From Candidatus Poribacteria bacterium (GTDB taxonomy: Bacteria > Poribacteria > WGA-4E > WGA-3G): a DNA stretch of 64,000 nt. Positions 36,142-45,897 of this stretch are shown piece after piece. Where the stretch lies: positions 384,001-448,000 of the forward strand of contig OZ240248.1 in NCBI GenBank assembly GCA_965198235.1. The letters are read 5' to 3'. Below the pieces are notes generated by a model. It saw only the letters and a program-made list of their open reading frames with translations. It searched no databases and was not told the DNA's origin. The position numbers were made by a program, and so were the translations under genes. Position 1 is the first letter of the stretch. Each line of letters starts with the position of its first letter.

Positions 36142-39063
36142 ATGTCTGAACGTTCCGCAGTCCAAGAGCCAATGCTCAAATACGTTGACGAAATTGGCTG
36201 GCAGATTGTTTCTTCGCCAGAAGCCATCCGGATGCGCGGTGGGAACACCAACACGCTCTATTTTACCGAAGTACTGAAAACGCAGCTGCTGAAACTCAAT
36301 AAGGGTATCGTAGATGACTCCAATTGCGTTGATATTATGCGGCGACTCGGTTTGCTCAATGCGACACTTGAGGGAAATCAGGAAGCACTTTTCTGGATGC
36401 GCGGTGAAAGGTCAACTTTTGTCGCCAGTGAGAACCGCGAGCGCAATGTCACCCTGATCGACTTTGAAACCCCCGATAATAACCTATTTCACGTCACCGA
36501 TGAATGGGAACAGCAAAACGCAGTGCATCGCAATCGCGCCGATGTGGTATTCCTGATTAACGGGATTCCCGTGGCAATAGTGGAGGCAAAAAATGCCGGG
36601 AAACCGGACGGGTTAGCACTCGGTGTGGATCAAATCCGTCGCTACCACAATGAAACGCCGGAGATGTTTACCACCGCACAACTCTTCGGTGTCACGCAAC
36701 TGCTGGACTTTTTCTACGGTGTGACATGGAACGTTACTCGCAAAAACCTATTCAACTGGAAAACCGACGAAGCCTCCTGTCCCCCTGATAAGGGGGATTT
36801 AGGGGGTTGGGGGGTTGGGGGGTTAAACTACCAGCAGAAGGTCAAAACCTTCTTCGATCGCGATCGCTTCCTGAAGGTCCTGCAGCAGTCGATTATCTTC
36901 CAGAGCAAAGACGACCAACTCACCAAAATCGTGTTGCGTCAACACCAGACGCGTGCAGTGGAGAAGGTCATTGAACGGGTTCACGATCCAAACAAACGGC
37001 GCGGGCTTGTCTGGCATACGCAGGGTAGCGGCAAGACTCTCACCATGATAACGATTGCGGCGCGACTCTTGCGCGGTGAACAGCAGACAGAGAAACCTAC
37101 TGTGTTGATGGTCGTTGATCGCAATGAACTGGAGAGCCAACTCTTTAGAAATATCACCGGTTACGGCATCACCACGCTTGAAGTCGCACAGAGCAAGAAT
37201 GATTTGGAACAAATTCTATCCTCCGATTATCGCGGCTTAATCGTGTCAATGATTCATAAGTTTGACAAGAGACCCGCGAACCTCAATACCCGTGAGAGCG
37301 TAGTCGTGTTGATTGACGAGGCACACCGCACAACCGGCGGCGATTTTGGAAATTACCTGATGGCAGCTCTGCCCAACGCAACCTATATCGGTTTTACCGG
37401 CACTCCGATCGACAGGCTTTCCAAAGGTGAAGGAACGTTTAAGGTGTTTGGTATAGATGACGAACAGGGGTATCTCGACAAATACGCAATCGTTGAATCC
37501 ATTGAAGATGGCACCACTGTGCTGTTGAATTACGCGCTTGCTTCCTCCGGTTTACAAGTTGACCGTGAGACGTTGGAACGGGAATTTTTCAACCTCGCGC
37601 TAACGGAAGGCATAAGCGACTTTGAGGAACTCAATGCGGTCCTTGACAGTGCTGTTCAGTTAAAGGCGATGATGAAAGCACCTGACAGGATAGAGGGCAT
37701 TGCGGAATACGTTGCGGAACACTTCCGTGAAACTGTAGAGCCGATGGGCTTCAAGGCGTTTCTGGTGGCTGTAGACCGTGAGGCGTGTGCATTGTATAAG
37801 CAGGCACTGGATAAATATCTGCCGCTGGAGTATTCAGAAGTCGTCTATTCCAAGGACAATCGAGACGCTGCGTTTATGAAAGCCTATCACCGCACCTCAG
37901 ACGAGGAAAAAGAGATCCGCAAAAAATTCATCGACAAAAATGAGCAGCCGAAGATTCTGATTGTGACCCAGAAGCTATTGACAGGCTTTGACGCACCGAT
38001 TCTTTACTGCATGTATCTCGATAAACCGATGCGCGACCACGTGCTGTTACAGGCGATCGCCCGTGTCAACCGACCATACGAGGACGAAGATGGGCTGGTG
38101 AAACCTGCTGGTTTCGTCTTAGATTTTGTCGGTATTTTTGACAATCTCGAAAAGGCACTCGCCTTTGATTCTGACGAAGTGGAGAGTGTGATTCGCAATA
38201 TTGAAGTGCTCAAAGAAGATTTCGCCAAGCGAATCCGTGAAGATGCAGCGGCGTATCTGCCCCTTGCTCAGGGGTGGGACGATAAGGCAAAGGAGCGGGC
38301 GATTGAACATTTTGAAGACAAAGACAACCGAGAGGCTTTCTTCAAATTCTTCAGAGTGGTGCAAAATCTCTATGACATACTTTCACCGGATGCCTTCTTA
38401 CATCCGTTTATAGTGGATTATCAGGCGTTGGCAACCCTCTATGGACTGATTCGTAACACCTATTCCGATCGTCCCTATGTTGATAAGGAGTTGACTGCCA
38501 AAACACGCAAGCTGTTGCAGGCGCATACCGAAAGCGTTCTATTTGAGTTGCCGGATGCCGTTTATGAATTGCGAGCAGATACTTTGCAGAAGATAGATCA
38601 GAGCGATTCATCCGATACGGTCAAGGTACAGAATTTAAGGAAGGCACTACATCGCACAGTAACCAGCGAAGGCAGCTCCAAACCCTTCGTGATTTCCATT
38701 GGCGAACGCGCGGAAGCAGTCACAGCGGCTTATGAAAATCGTCAGATGGCGACGCAAGATGTGTTGGCTGAGTTTAGACGGTTAGCAGAGGAGTATGCGC
38801 ACGCTGCAAGAGAAAGTGAGCGACTCGGCATGGATGAGAACACCTTTGCAGTCTATACAGTTCTCAGGAATGCTATAGAAGATGTTAATCCCGAGCAGGC
38901 GCGAGCCGTTGATCAAGTGTTTGCGGAATTTCCTGATTATCGGTGGGATGACCATCAACAAAGTCAGTTACGGATGATGCTCTACCGCACATTGAGACCT
39001 ACGGTGGGTATGGAAAATCTGATTGAGACGACAAATCAATTGTTGAGGTTGGAACGCGTATGA
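36142..39063 (+). CDS. hsdR: type I restriction endonuclease subunit R
   Basis: RADVVFLINGIP..VEAK, WHTQGSGKT, DEAHR, FTGTP, LLTGFDAP, LLQAIARVNR. Confidence 0.95.
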   Translation: MSERSAVQEPMLKYVDEIGWQIVSSPEAIRMRGGNTNTLYFTEVLKTQLLKLNKGIVDDSNCVDIMRRLGLLNATLEGNQEALFWMRGERSTFVASENRERNVTLIDFETPDNNLFHVTDEWEQQNAVHRNRADVVFLINGIPVAIVEAKNAGKPDGLALGVDQIRRYHNETPEMFTTAQLFGVTQLLDFFYGVTWNVTRKNLFNWKTDEASCPPDKGDLGGWGVGGLNYQQKVKTFFDRDRFLKVLQQSIIFQSKDDQLTKIVLRQHQTRAVEKVIERVHDPNKRRGLVWHTQGSGKTLTMITIAARLLRGEQQTEKPTVLMVVDRNELESQLFRNITGYGITTLEVAQSKNDLEQILSSDYRGLIVSMIHKFDKRPANLNTRESVVVLIDEAHRTTGGDFGNYLMAALPNATYIGFTGTPIDRLSKGEGTFKVFGIDDEQGYLDKYAIVESIEDGTTVLLNYALASSGLQVDRETLEREFFNLALTEGISDFEELNAVLDSAVQLKAMMKAPDRIEGIAEYVAEHFRETVEPMGFKAFLVAVDREACALYKQALDKYLPLEYSEVVYSKDNRDAAFMKAYHRTSDEEKEIRKKFIDKNEQPKILIVTQKLLTGFDAPILYCMYLDKPMRDHVLLQAIARVNRPYEDEDGLVKPAGFVLDFVGIFDNLEKALAFDSDEVESVIRNIEVLKEDFAKRIREDAAAYLPLAQGWDDKAKERAIEHFEDKDNREAFFKFFRVVQNLYDILSPDAFLHPFIVDYQALATLYGLIRNTYSDRPYVDKELTAKTRKLLQAHTESVLFELPDAVYELRADTLQKIDQSDSSDTVKVQNLRKALHRTVTSEGSSKPFVISIGERAEAVTAAYENRQMATQDVLAEFRRLAEEYAHAARESERLGMDENTFAVYTVLRNAIEDVNPEQARAVDQVFAEFPDYRWDDHQQSQLRMMLYRTLRPTVGMENLIETTNQLLRLERV

Positions 39064-39395
39064 ACGCCAATAAAGTAGCAGGCACACGCCGTAGGCTTCC
39101 GTTACACCCAGCGGATTTAAAGGACGCTGTGTGGTACTGGGCAGACCGTATCGGTGTGAAGGTGCGAGAGATTCATCTCCGCCAGATGCAGCGGAAATGG
39201 GCATCTATATCAATGAAGGGGCGATTGACGCTCAACACGGATCTGCTCAATTTGCCGGAGGCGTTGACGGAATACGTGATTGTCCATGAATTGGTGCATC
39301 TGCTTGTTCCGAATCACGGTAAGTTGTTTAAGAGTTTCATGTCCGCGTATCTTCCAGATTGGGAGGAGAGACAGAACCACCTGAAATCGCTTTAA
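39060..39395 (+). CDS. short M48/YgjP(DUF45)-like metallopeptidase
   Basis: KWAS, YVIVHELVHL..NH...F; overlaps the hsdR stop. Confidence 0.85.
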   Translation: MNANKVAGTRRRLPLHPADLKDAVWYWADRIGVKVREIHLRQMQRKWASISMKGRLTLNTDLLNLPEALTEYVIVHELVHLLVPNHGKLFKSFMSAYLPDWEERQNHLKSL

Positions 39396-39457
39396 GGAGA
39401 ATGCAACATAACAGTCGAGTCTCTCTTGCGTGCCTAACAGTCATGGCAGTAAAAACA

Positions 39458-39486
39458 TTGACTTCCAAGGAAGAATATAGTATAAT
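39458..39486 (+). promoter_or_regulatory. sigma70 promoter of the three-gene operon
   Basis: TTGACT-17 bp-TATAAT. Confidence 0.65.
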
Positions 39487-39634
39487 TACACTACGTCGTA
39501 ATCGGCATAGATAAACCTATCGTTTAATAAGTATGTCTATACTGGCTTATAGATATTCGGCTTTAGCACCGGATAGGTGCTATGCAGAGCGTTTGTGCAA
39601 ACGATCCAAGCCAAATTCTTGAAAGGTATTACTC

Positions 39635-40282
39635 ATGAAATTGGACAAACCCTCTAATGTGCTGGTTATTGTAGGTGGTTGGAATAGGCATATATTTACT
39701 CAAGATTGGATTAAGAGATACCTTTTCCCTGGGGAACAGGAAGAATGCACAATAGATATGTTGGTTGCCCAAGGCTTCAACGCACAATTTGTTTCTCCAC
39801 GAATATTGTCGAAAGAAGTTGAAATTCTATTCCAAGAGAATAGGCTAAACTTCAATCCAGTAGAAAACAAAAACGAAAATTTTGACCGAATACAAGAGCT
39901 TGCTCTACAACTTGCCGATTATCTCCCTCATACTCCAGTTACAGCATACGGTGTCAACTTCCTTTTTACTGAAAACAAGGTCAGTGGAGATCTCATAAAT
40001 CTGGTACGCCCAAGAGATTTAGAAAAAATTGAACAGTTTGGTGGATCATTAACCAGTGAGCAATATACTCGTCGTTTGGTACTGAATGGGCGAATCCTCA
40101 ACATTACCATTAAGATTGAGGGCGAGAAAGCTATTTTTGACCTTAATTTCCATTTTAATATTCGCAATTTAGTCGAGTTTAAGGCAGGAATCTCAGAAAC
40201 TTCAATACTTGAATTGAAACAAGAAGCAATACAATTTATCACTGAAATCTATAGTTTGGAGTTGGAAGGAGAGAACGAATGA
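39635..40282 (+). CDS. uncharacterised protein (IVGxWN / LPHTPV.A.G.NF motifs), possible chaperone/accessory
   Basis: AT-rich 215-aa ORF; ATGA overlap with the Panacea gene. Confidence 0.8.
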   Translation: MKLDKPSNVLVIVGGWNRHIFTQDWIKRYLFPGEQEECTIDMLVAQGFNAQFVSPRILSKEVEILFQENRLNFNPVENKNENFDRIQELALQLADYLPHTPVTAYGVNFLFTENKVSGDLINLVRPRDLEKIEQFGGSLTSEQYTRRLVLNGRILNITIKIEGEKAIFDLNFHFNIRNLVEFKAGISETSILELKQEAIQFITEIYSLELEGENE

Positions 40283-40956
40283 GTAAATGGGACGACACAA
40301 ACACAACGCTTAGAGATGTGAGTACTTTTTCCGAAGAAGTGATTACCTCTGAAGAAGATATGGTTGTTTCCACAAATATGGATGCCGATGAGAGGGGTGT
40401 AAACACTTCTAATTTAGAGTTTAATGAAGACACCAATTTTGAACCGTTGGAAAACGGAGCTTGGAAAGAGCCGCAGAATCCAGACCCTGAACCACCGAGA
40501 ATCCAGGTCTTTGATGTCGCTGCCTATATTTTGGAACGTATGGGAACGATGACGACTATGAAGCTTCAGAAATTGGTTTATTACAGTCAAGCGTGGTCGT
40601 TGGTGTGGGACGAGAAGCGGCTATTTGAGGAAGATGTTGAAGCTTGGGCAAATGGTCCCGTGGTCAGAAATCTGTTTGATTACCATCGCGGCATGTACGA
40701 AATATCATCAATGCCAATTGGCAACCCTCGTTTATTAAATCGGATACAGCAGGAAACAGTGGATGCCGTACTTGAATATTATGGGGATAAGTCTGCCCAA
40801 TGGCTCATTGAACTTACACACATGGAAGATCCTTGGGTTCAGGCAAGGAAAGGGTTACCTAGATTGGAGCGCGGTAATCGAGTTATATCTTTAGACGCGA
40901 TGGCAGATTACTATAGTTCCTTGCCGGTTGAGGACAATTGCGAAGATGAGGGATAG
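40279..40956 (+). CDS. Panacea-domain (DUF4065/SocA-like) antitoxin with ~70-aa acidic N-terminal extension
   Basis: DVAAYIL, MKLQKLVYYSQ, EAWANGPV, LIELTH.E.PW..AR. Confidence 0.9.
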   Translation: MSKWDDTNTTLRDVSTFSEEVITSEEDMVVSTNMDADERGVNTSNLEFNEDTNFEPLENGAWKEPQNPDPEPPRIQVFDVAAYILERMGTMTTMKLQKLVYYSQAWSLVWDEKRLFEEDVEAWANGPVVRNLFDYHRGMYEISSMPIGNPRLLNRIQQETVDAVLEYYGDKSAQWLIELTHMEDPWVQARKGLPRLERGNRVISLDAMADYYSSLPVEDNCEDEG

Positions 40957-41495
40957 AAGAGCACGCCAAAATCGCAATCCGAGGTCAAGGAAGAGAGCTG
41001 CATCTTCTCCTATAACGCCGACCCAAAACAGGAAACTTGTGTGGAAAGTTACAGGAATTGATGACAACGGACCATGGGGCTGGAATCGAATAACTTGTCC
41101 TGACTTCTTGAGGAATATATGGGAAAAGATGCGTAACTTTGAAACTATGACCTGGGTTGATATATTAGGGCGAGATCACCATGAGATACCTGTTGGTAAT
41201 ATCATAAGGCAGGCACAAAAGCGGCTAGTGCTTTGTCACTGGCTGTTTGACGCATAGAAATCGCGAGCACAGCTCGCTCCTACAGGGAAAATAGACGAGG
41301 GAAATACTTTTTATCCATCGTTTTAGGCTTGACACAACACTAGAGGAGTTAGGGCATGATGACGAGGAGACATTGGTTTCATTCCATATAACTGGCAGAC
41401 AACGAATTTGGGCAATTCGATCCGGAGAAGAGGCTTTCCTACTTTGGTGGGATCCCGAGCATGAAATTTATCCATCATCCCTGAAGCACACGTAA
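40946..41495 (+). pseudogene. Panacea-associated toxin (RelE-like) interrupted by a MITE
   Basis: Removing 41229-41343 restores a 144-aa ORF ...QAQKRL|EELGHDDEETLVSFHITGRQRIWAIR...LLWWDPEHEIYPSSLKHT*. Confidence 0.85.
41229..41339. mobile_element. 111-bp MITE with CTAG target duplication
   Basis: CTAG|TGCTTTGTCA...TGACACAACA|CTAG; contains REP-like CGCGAGCACAGCTCGCTCCTACA. Confidence 0.85.
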
Positions 41496-41549
41496 ACGAG
41501 CGTTTAACAATAGGAGACGAGGACATTTAATTTTCGGTATTCTATACTA

Positions 41550-42160
41550 TACACATGCCGCCCCGCTGGGCTTTATCCGTTTGTTGAACTGCATGCCTAT
41601 ACACCTTTCGTCCCTCTGAGACTAAGACCTCGCAACTAAAAACCATCGCAAATCCGCGCAATCCGTGTAATCCGCGTAATCCGCGATTCAGACAACAATA
41701 TAAATGCCGCCCTTACAGGGCTTGGGTTCTCTTTTCACACACGCCGCCATAAACATATCGCCCTTACAGGGCTGGATAGCGATAATTGATGACCATTACG
41801 TAAAGATTGCCGTCTGTCAACCCTATAGAACCCATAATCCTGTAAATCCTGATTCTGACAATCATAGCAAAATTTCATAGCAACCTTCACAGCAACCTCT
41901 ATCAAAACCACCGAAAACCCAGTTGTGGCGTAGATTTAAAGCCTTCTCTAAAATTCAGCACTTTCCAGTTTTGCTATGAAAACTGTGAAATTTATATCGT
42001 CTCCTTTACATACCACCCACCGAGGATATCAAAAACCTCGTAACACAAAAATCCGCGTAATCCGCGTAATCCGCGACAATCCGTGATTCAGATGGAAATA
42101 TAAACATGTCGCCTCTAAGAGCTGACTACTGACGGTTTCCGACCGCTGATTGCTGACCGC
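41550..42160. repeat. cluster of short dispersed repeats (AATCCGCGT tandem, GCCCTTACAGGGC, ATCCTGTAAATCCTGATTC)
   Basis: Same motifs recur at 35280-35400, 17355 and 43638. Confidence 0.7.
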
Positions 42161-42251
42161 TATTCCATATTTCTCTTGCGTTCCTGTCCTGTTTCTGGTA
42201 AAATTGCCAGCAAAGTCCACCGATAGGTGAAAACATAAAGGACGGAAACGT

Positions 42252-43505
42252 ATGGCACTTCCAAAAATGACACGGATTCAGCAGCGGTTTGAGGCACCCG
42301 TTCTCACTGACCTCCCCGCAGCGATTCACGCAGAACTGGAGCGAATTAACGCCTCTGTTATTATCAAACCCGGCGAGACTGTCGCTGTTACCGCTGGCAG
42401 TCGCGGGGTTGCGAATGTCGCGACTGCGGTCAAGGCGACTGTTGATTATCTTAAAACACTCGGTGCACATCCCTTTGTCGTTCCAGCAATGGGCAGCCAC
42501 GGTGGTGCAACCTCCGAAGGACAACGGAGTGTGCTGGAACATTACGGTATCACCGAAGAGACCGTCGGTGCACCCGTGAAAGCGACAATGGACGTAGTCG
42601 AACTCGGAAAGACAGCGGATGGCTTGCCCGTTTTTCTGGATCGGTATGCCGCTGAAGCGGACCACGTCGTGCCCCTCAATCGCATTAAGGCACACACAGA
42701 TTTCAACGGATCCATTGAGAGTGGCTTGATGAAGATGATGGTTATCGGGCTTGGCAAACAGCAGGGGGCGAACTTTTACCACCGCGCATTCTTCCAGTAC
42801 GGTTTTGAGCACGTTATCAGGGCTGTTGGTGGTTTCATCCTCGATAGCGGAAAAATCGCTTTCGGCATCGGGTTGATTGAGAACGCACACGAAGATACTG
42901 CGAAAGCGGTCGCTATGCCCGCTGCACAACTCCTTCAAACCGAACGTGAACTGCTCGTTGAGGCGAAATCGCTGATGGGGCGGCTCCCCTTTGATGAACT
43001 TGATCTGCTCATCGTGGATTGGACAGGCAAGAACATGAGCGGCACCGGCATGGATACGAACGTCATTGGTAGGATGATGCAGAACTTTGAGCCGGAACCC
43101 GCAAAACCTGCGATTCTCCGTATATTTGTCCGAGATCTCACCGAAGAGAGCGATGGCAATGCTACCGGTATCGGACTCGCCGATTTCACAACGACTCGCC
43201 TCGTGGATAAGATTGACCGGCACTCTACCTATATGAACGGCATCACCGCGCTTGGACCGCAGAAATCGAAAATTCCGTTCTACTACGACACTGATCGGGA
43301 GGCAATTGAAGTGGCACTTGACACCATCGGTCTCACCGAACCGGAGGATGCACGGGTTATCCGTATTGAGAGTACGCTGAGATTAACGGAACTCGACATC
43401 TCTGAGGTGCTGCTTGAAGATGCGAAACTGCATTCGAGGTTGGAGGTTATCGGCGAAACGAAACCGTTAGCGTTTGACGCAGCAGGCAACCTGTTACCGT
43501 TTTAA
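42252..43505 (+). CDS. LarA-like nickel-pincer racemase/epimerase family protein
   Basis: AGSRG, VPAMGSHGGAT, NRIKAHTDF, GLGKQ.GA, SGTGMDTNV.GR. Confidence 0.85.
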   Translation: MALPKMTRIQQRFEAPVLTDLPAAIHAELERINASVIIKPGETVAVTAGSRGVANVATAVKATVDYLKTLGAHPFVVPAMGSHGGATSEGQRSVLEHYGITEETVGAPVKATMDVVELGKTADGLPVFLDRYAAEADHVVPLNRIKAHTDFNGSIESGLMKMMVIGLGKQQGANFYHRAFFQYGFEHVIRAVGGFILDSGKIAFGIGLIENAHEDTAKAVAMPAAQLLQTERELLVEAKSLMGRLPFDELDLLIVDWTGKNMSGTGMDTNVIGRMMQNFEPEPAKPAILRIFVRDLTEESDGNATGIGLADFTTTRLVDKIDRHSTYMNGITALGPQKSKIPFYYDTDREAIEVALDTIGLTEPEDARVIRIESTLRLTELDISEVLLEDAKLHSRLEVIGETKPLAFDAAGNLLPF

Positions 43506-43832
43506 GTTTTTTAATTATGGAGCCTCTGGGCACCGCTCCATTACATTACGCGGTGGTTTCCGATTAAGTATAGACGTTCCGAGAGTTTGTACGTTCCCGC
43601 GATAAAACGCGCGCCTTTTGCCCCTACGTGGCATTCATTATCCTGTAAATCCTGATTCAAACATCACCGAAAACCTACTTCCGGCAACGGTTCCCTATAA
43701 TTCTGGCAGGAAAAATGAAAAAACCGACAGCAATTCCCCCGAAATTGTAGCCCGTAATGGAATGGAGGGCGACTCTTGAGCAAAAAGCATCAAAGTACAA
43801 ACCACGTCGTTTAACCGCAAGGTATAATTAAA
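43506..43832. repeat. dispersed modular repeat ending at the next start codon
   Basis: TTTTTTAATTATGG...CTCCATTACATTAC...CGTAATGGAATGGAG...AACCGCAAGGTATAATTAAA|ATG. Confidence 0.65.
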
Positions 43833-44684
43833 ATGCGGAAACTCAAGATTATCTTGGAGATGATTAAATTTGAACACACGATCTTCGCGCTTCCATTTGC
43901 GGTCGTGAGTACCTTTATTGCTGCAGATGGACTTCCTTCGCTGGCAAAGTTTGGCTGGATTCTCGTGGCGATGATAGGGGCACGCAGTTGCGCGATGGCG
44001 TTCAACCGGCTCGCTGATGCCGAATTTGATGCGAAGAACCCACGTACCGCCATGCGTGCAATCCCGGCGGGCTTGATTACGAAAGGTGCCGTGTGGGGTT
44101 TCACGATTGTTTCGGCGGGACTGCTGGTTTTTGCGGCGTGGCGACTGAATCCGCTTGCCTTCGTGCTGTCGCCGGTTGCACTTGTTGTCGTTATGGGATA
44201 TTCCTATACGAAACGTTTCACTGCGCTCTCGCATTTCTGGCTCGGACTTTCCCTCTCCATTTCACCTGTCGGCGCGTGGATTGCAATTCAGGGCAGTTTT
44301 GCGTTGCCACCGATAATTCTCTGCCTCGTGGTGCTGCTCTGGACAGCAGGATTTGACATTATCTATGCGTGTCAAGATGTTAATTTTGACAGGAAGCATG
44401 GACTGCGCTCAATTCCGGCAAAAATCGGGATCCGGTGGTCGTTATGGCTGTCGTCTGCCCTGCACATTATTGCCGTATTGCTGCTTCTTGGCATTCCGTT
44501 TCTTGTCGAGTTAGGACTTTTCTATTACATCGGTGTCGGGATTGTCGTGCTAATCTTTATCTATGAGCACGCCATCGTTAAACCGACGGATCTGTCCCGT
44601 GTCAACCTCGCTTTTTTCACACTGAACGGTATGATTAGCCTGGTCCTGATGGCACTTTCAATTGCCGATATTTTGTTCTTTTAA
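43833..44684 (+). CDS. UbiA-family prenyltransferase (MqnP-like)
   Basis: IKFEHTIFALPF, AMAFNRLAD..FD..NPRT..R, YSYTKRF, FDIIYACQD..FD. Confidence 0.92.
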   Translation: MRKLKIILEMIKFEHTIFALPFAVVSTFIAADGLPSLAKFGWILVAMIGARSCAMAFNRLADAEFDAKNPRTAMRAIPAGLITKGAVWGFTIVSAGLLVFAAWRLNPLAFVLSPVALVVVMGYSYTKRFTALSHFWLGLSLSISPVGAWIAIQGSFALPPIILCLVVLLWTAGFDIIYACQDVNFDRKHGLRSIPAKIGIRWSLWLSSALHIIAVLLLLGIPFLVELGLFYYIGVGIVVLIFIYEHAIVKPTDLSRVNLAFFTLNGMISLVLMALSIADILFF

Positions 44685-44904
44685 CGATTAAATCTGGGCG
44701 AGAGAAAGCCACGCGTGGGCTTTCTAAAGACCGTCCGTTGTCCGCAACAATCTAAAATTGGTTAAAGCACCTATTTGAGGTTATGAATGGCTTTTTAACG
44801 ATTCAGTATCTCCAAGGACATAGCGGTTCAGAAGCAGCAGTTAAAAATTGTTAAAAAACGCTATAATACCGATCCAGTGTCCATTTACCGAAAACCTTGT
44901 TAAG

Positions 44905-45052
44905 GTATAATCAAAAAACGTAGCCCGTAACGAAGTGGAGGGGTGTTTTTGCTTGGGTATTTCTGCGTATTGCTTGGGTGTTTCTTCAGATATACGGAAA
45001 GGCACTTCAATTTCCAAACCCCACTTACCGAACCGCAAGGTAAAATTAAAAT
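44905..45052. repeat. dispersed modular repeat ending at the next start codon
   Basis: GTAGCCCGTAACGAAGTGGAG...GCTTGGGTGTTTCTTCAGA...AACCGCAAGGTAAAATTAAAAT|ATG. Confidence 0.65.
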
Positions 45053-45874
45053 ATGAAAATTTCACTTTCCGTACGCGTCGCAGAAACAGCATCGAAAAGA
45101 GACGCTACGCATAGCTTCAAACAACTGACTGAACTGGCGGCAGGACTCGGCTACGAGGCGGTCTGTATGCGTGCCTCCCAAGTCGGTATCCACTCGCCTT
45201 TGGAGCAAATCACCGCCGCGCGCAAACAGGCGGGGTCGCTCAACCTGAAGGTCTCGATGATCACCGGTGATTTTCCGGTTCCCCTCAACAACGAGCAGGG
45301 ACCCGATGGACTCCGCAATATAACCCCTTATCTGGATCTAACGGAAATCCTTGGCGCGGATCTCATCCGCATTGCGATGAAGGTTGAGGCAGACATTCCG
45401 TGGGCACAACGTGCCTCCGATGAAGCCGCCGAACGTGGTATCCGTCTCGCGCATCAATCGCATACGCAGAGTTTGTTTGAAACGGTAGAGGGATCGGTTG
45501 ATGTGTTGAAGCGGGTTGGTAGAAAAAATTTCGGAATTATCTATGAACCTGCCAACCTCGACTTGTGTGCTCAAGATTACGGTGTTGAGACGCTTAAACG
45601 GTTTTCGCCGTATCTCCTCAACGTCTATCTTCAGAATCACATTCGCCGACCAGAGGGAAAGACGCGGCTCCTGACGTGGATTCAGGGTGAAGTTCCGCAC
45701 GATCCGATCCGTTTGCAAGACGAAGGTGGCATTGATTTTCCGCTGGTGTTTCGCGGGTTGGAGGCGATCGATTACAATGGGTATGTGACGGTGCATCAGG
45801 CGTTCCGAGAAATCATGGAGCCTGAAGACGCAGCCGAGCAGAGTTACACTTATCTAAAACCGTTTTGTAGATAG
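45053..45874 (+). CDS. sugar phosphate isomerase/epimerase (xylose isomerase-like TIM barrel)
   Basis: AA.LGY.AV, NFGIIYEPAN, G.IDF..VF.GL..I.YNGYVT. Confidence 0.8.
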   Translation: MKISLSVRVAETASKRDATHSFKQLTELAAGLGYEAVCMRASQVGIHSPLEQITAARKQAGSLNLKVSMITGDFPVPLNNEQGPDGLRNITPYLDLTEILGADLIRIAMKVEADIPWAQRASDEAAERGIRLAHQSHTQSLFETVEGSVDVLKRVGRKNFGIIYEPANLDLCAQDYGVETLKRFSPYLLNVYLQNHIRRPEGKTRLLTWIQGEVPHDPIRLQDEGGIDFPLVFRGLEAIDYNGYVTVHQAFREIMEPEDAAEQSYTYLKPFCR

Positions 45875-45897
45875 GGAGAGGTAGCGTCTTTAGCACT

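Noticed and set aside
42126-43223. 365-aa minus-strand ORF
   Set aside because: Antisense shadow of the well-supported LarA-like gene. The same applies to the many short ORFs nested in or opposite recognised genes.
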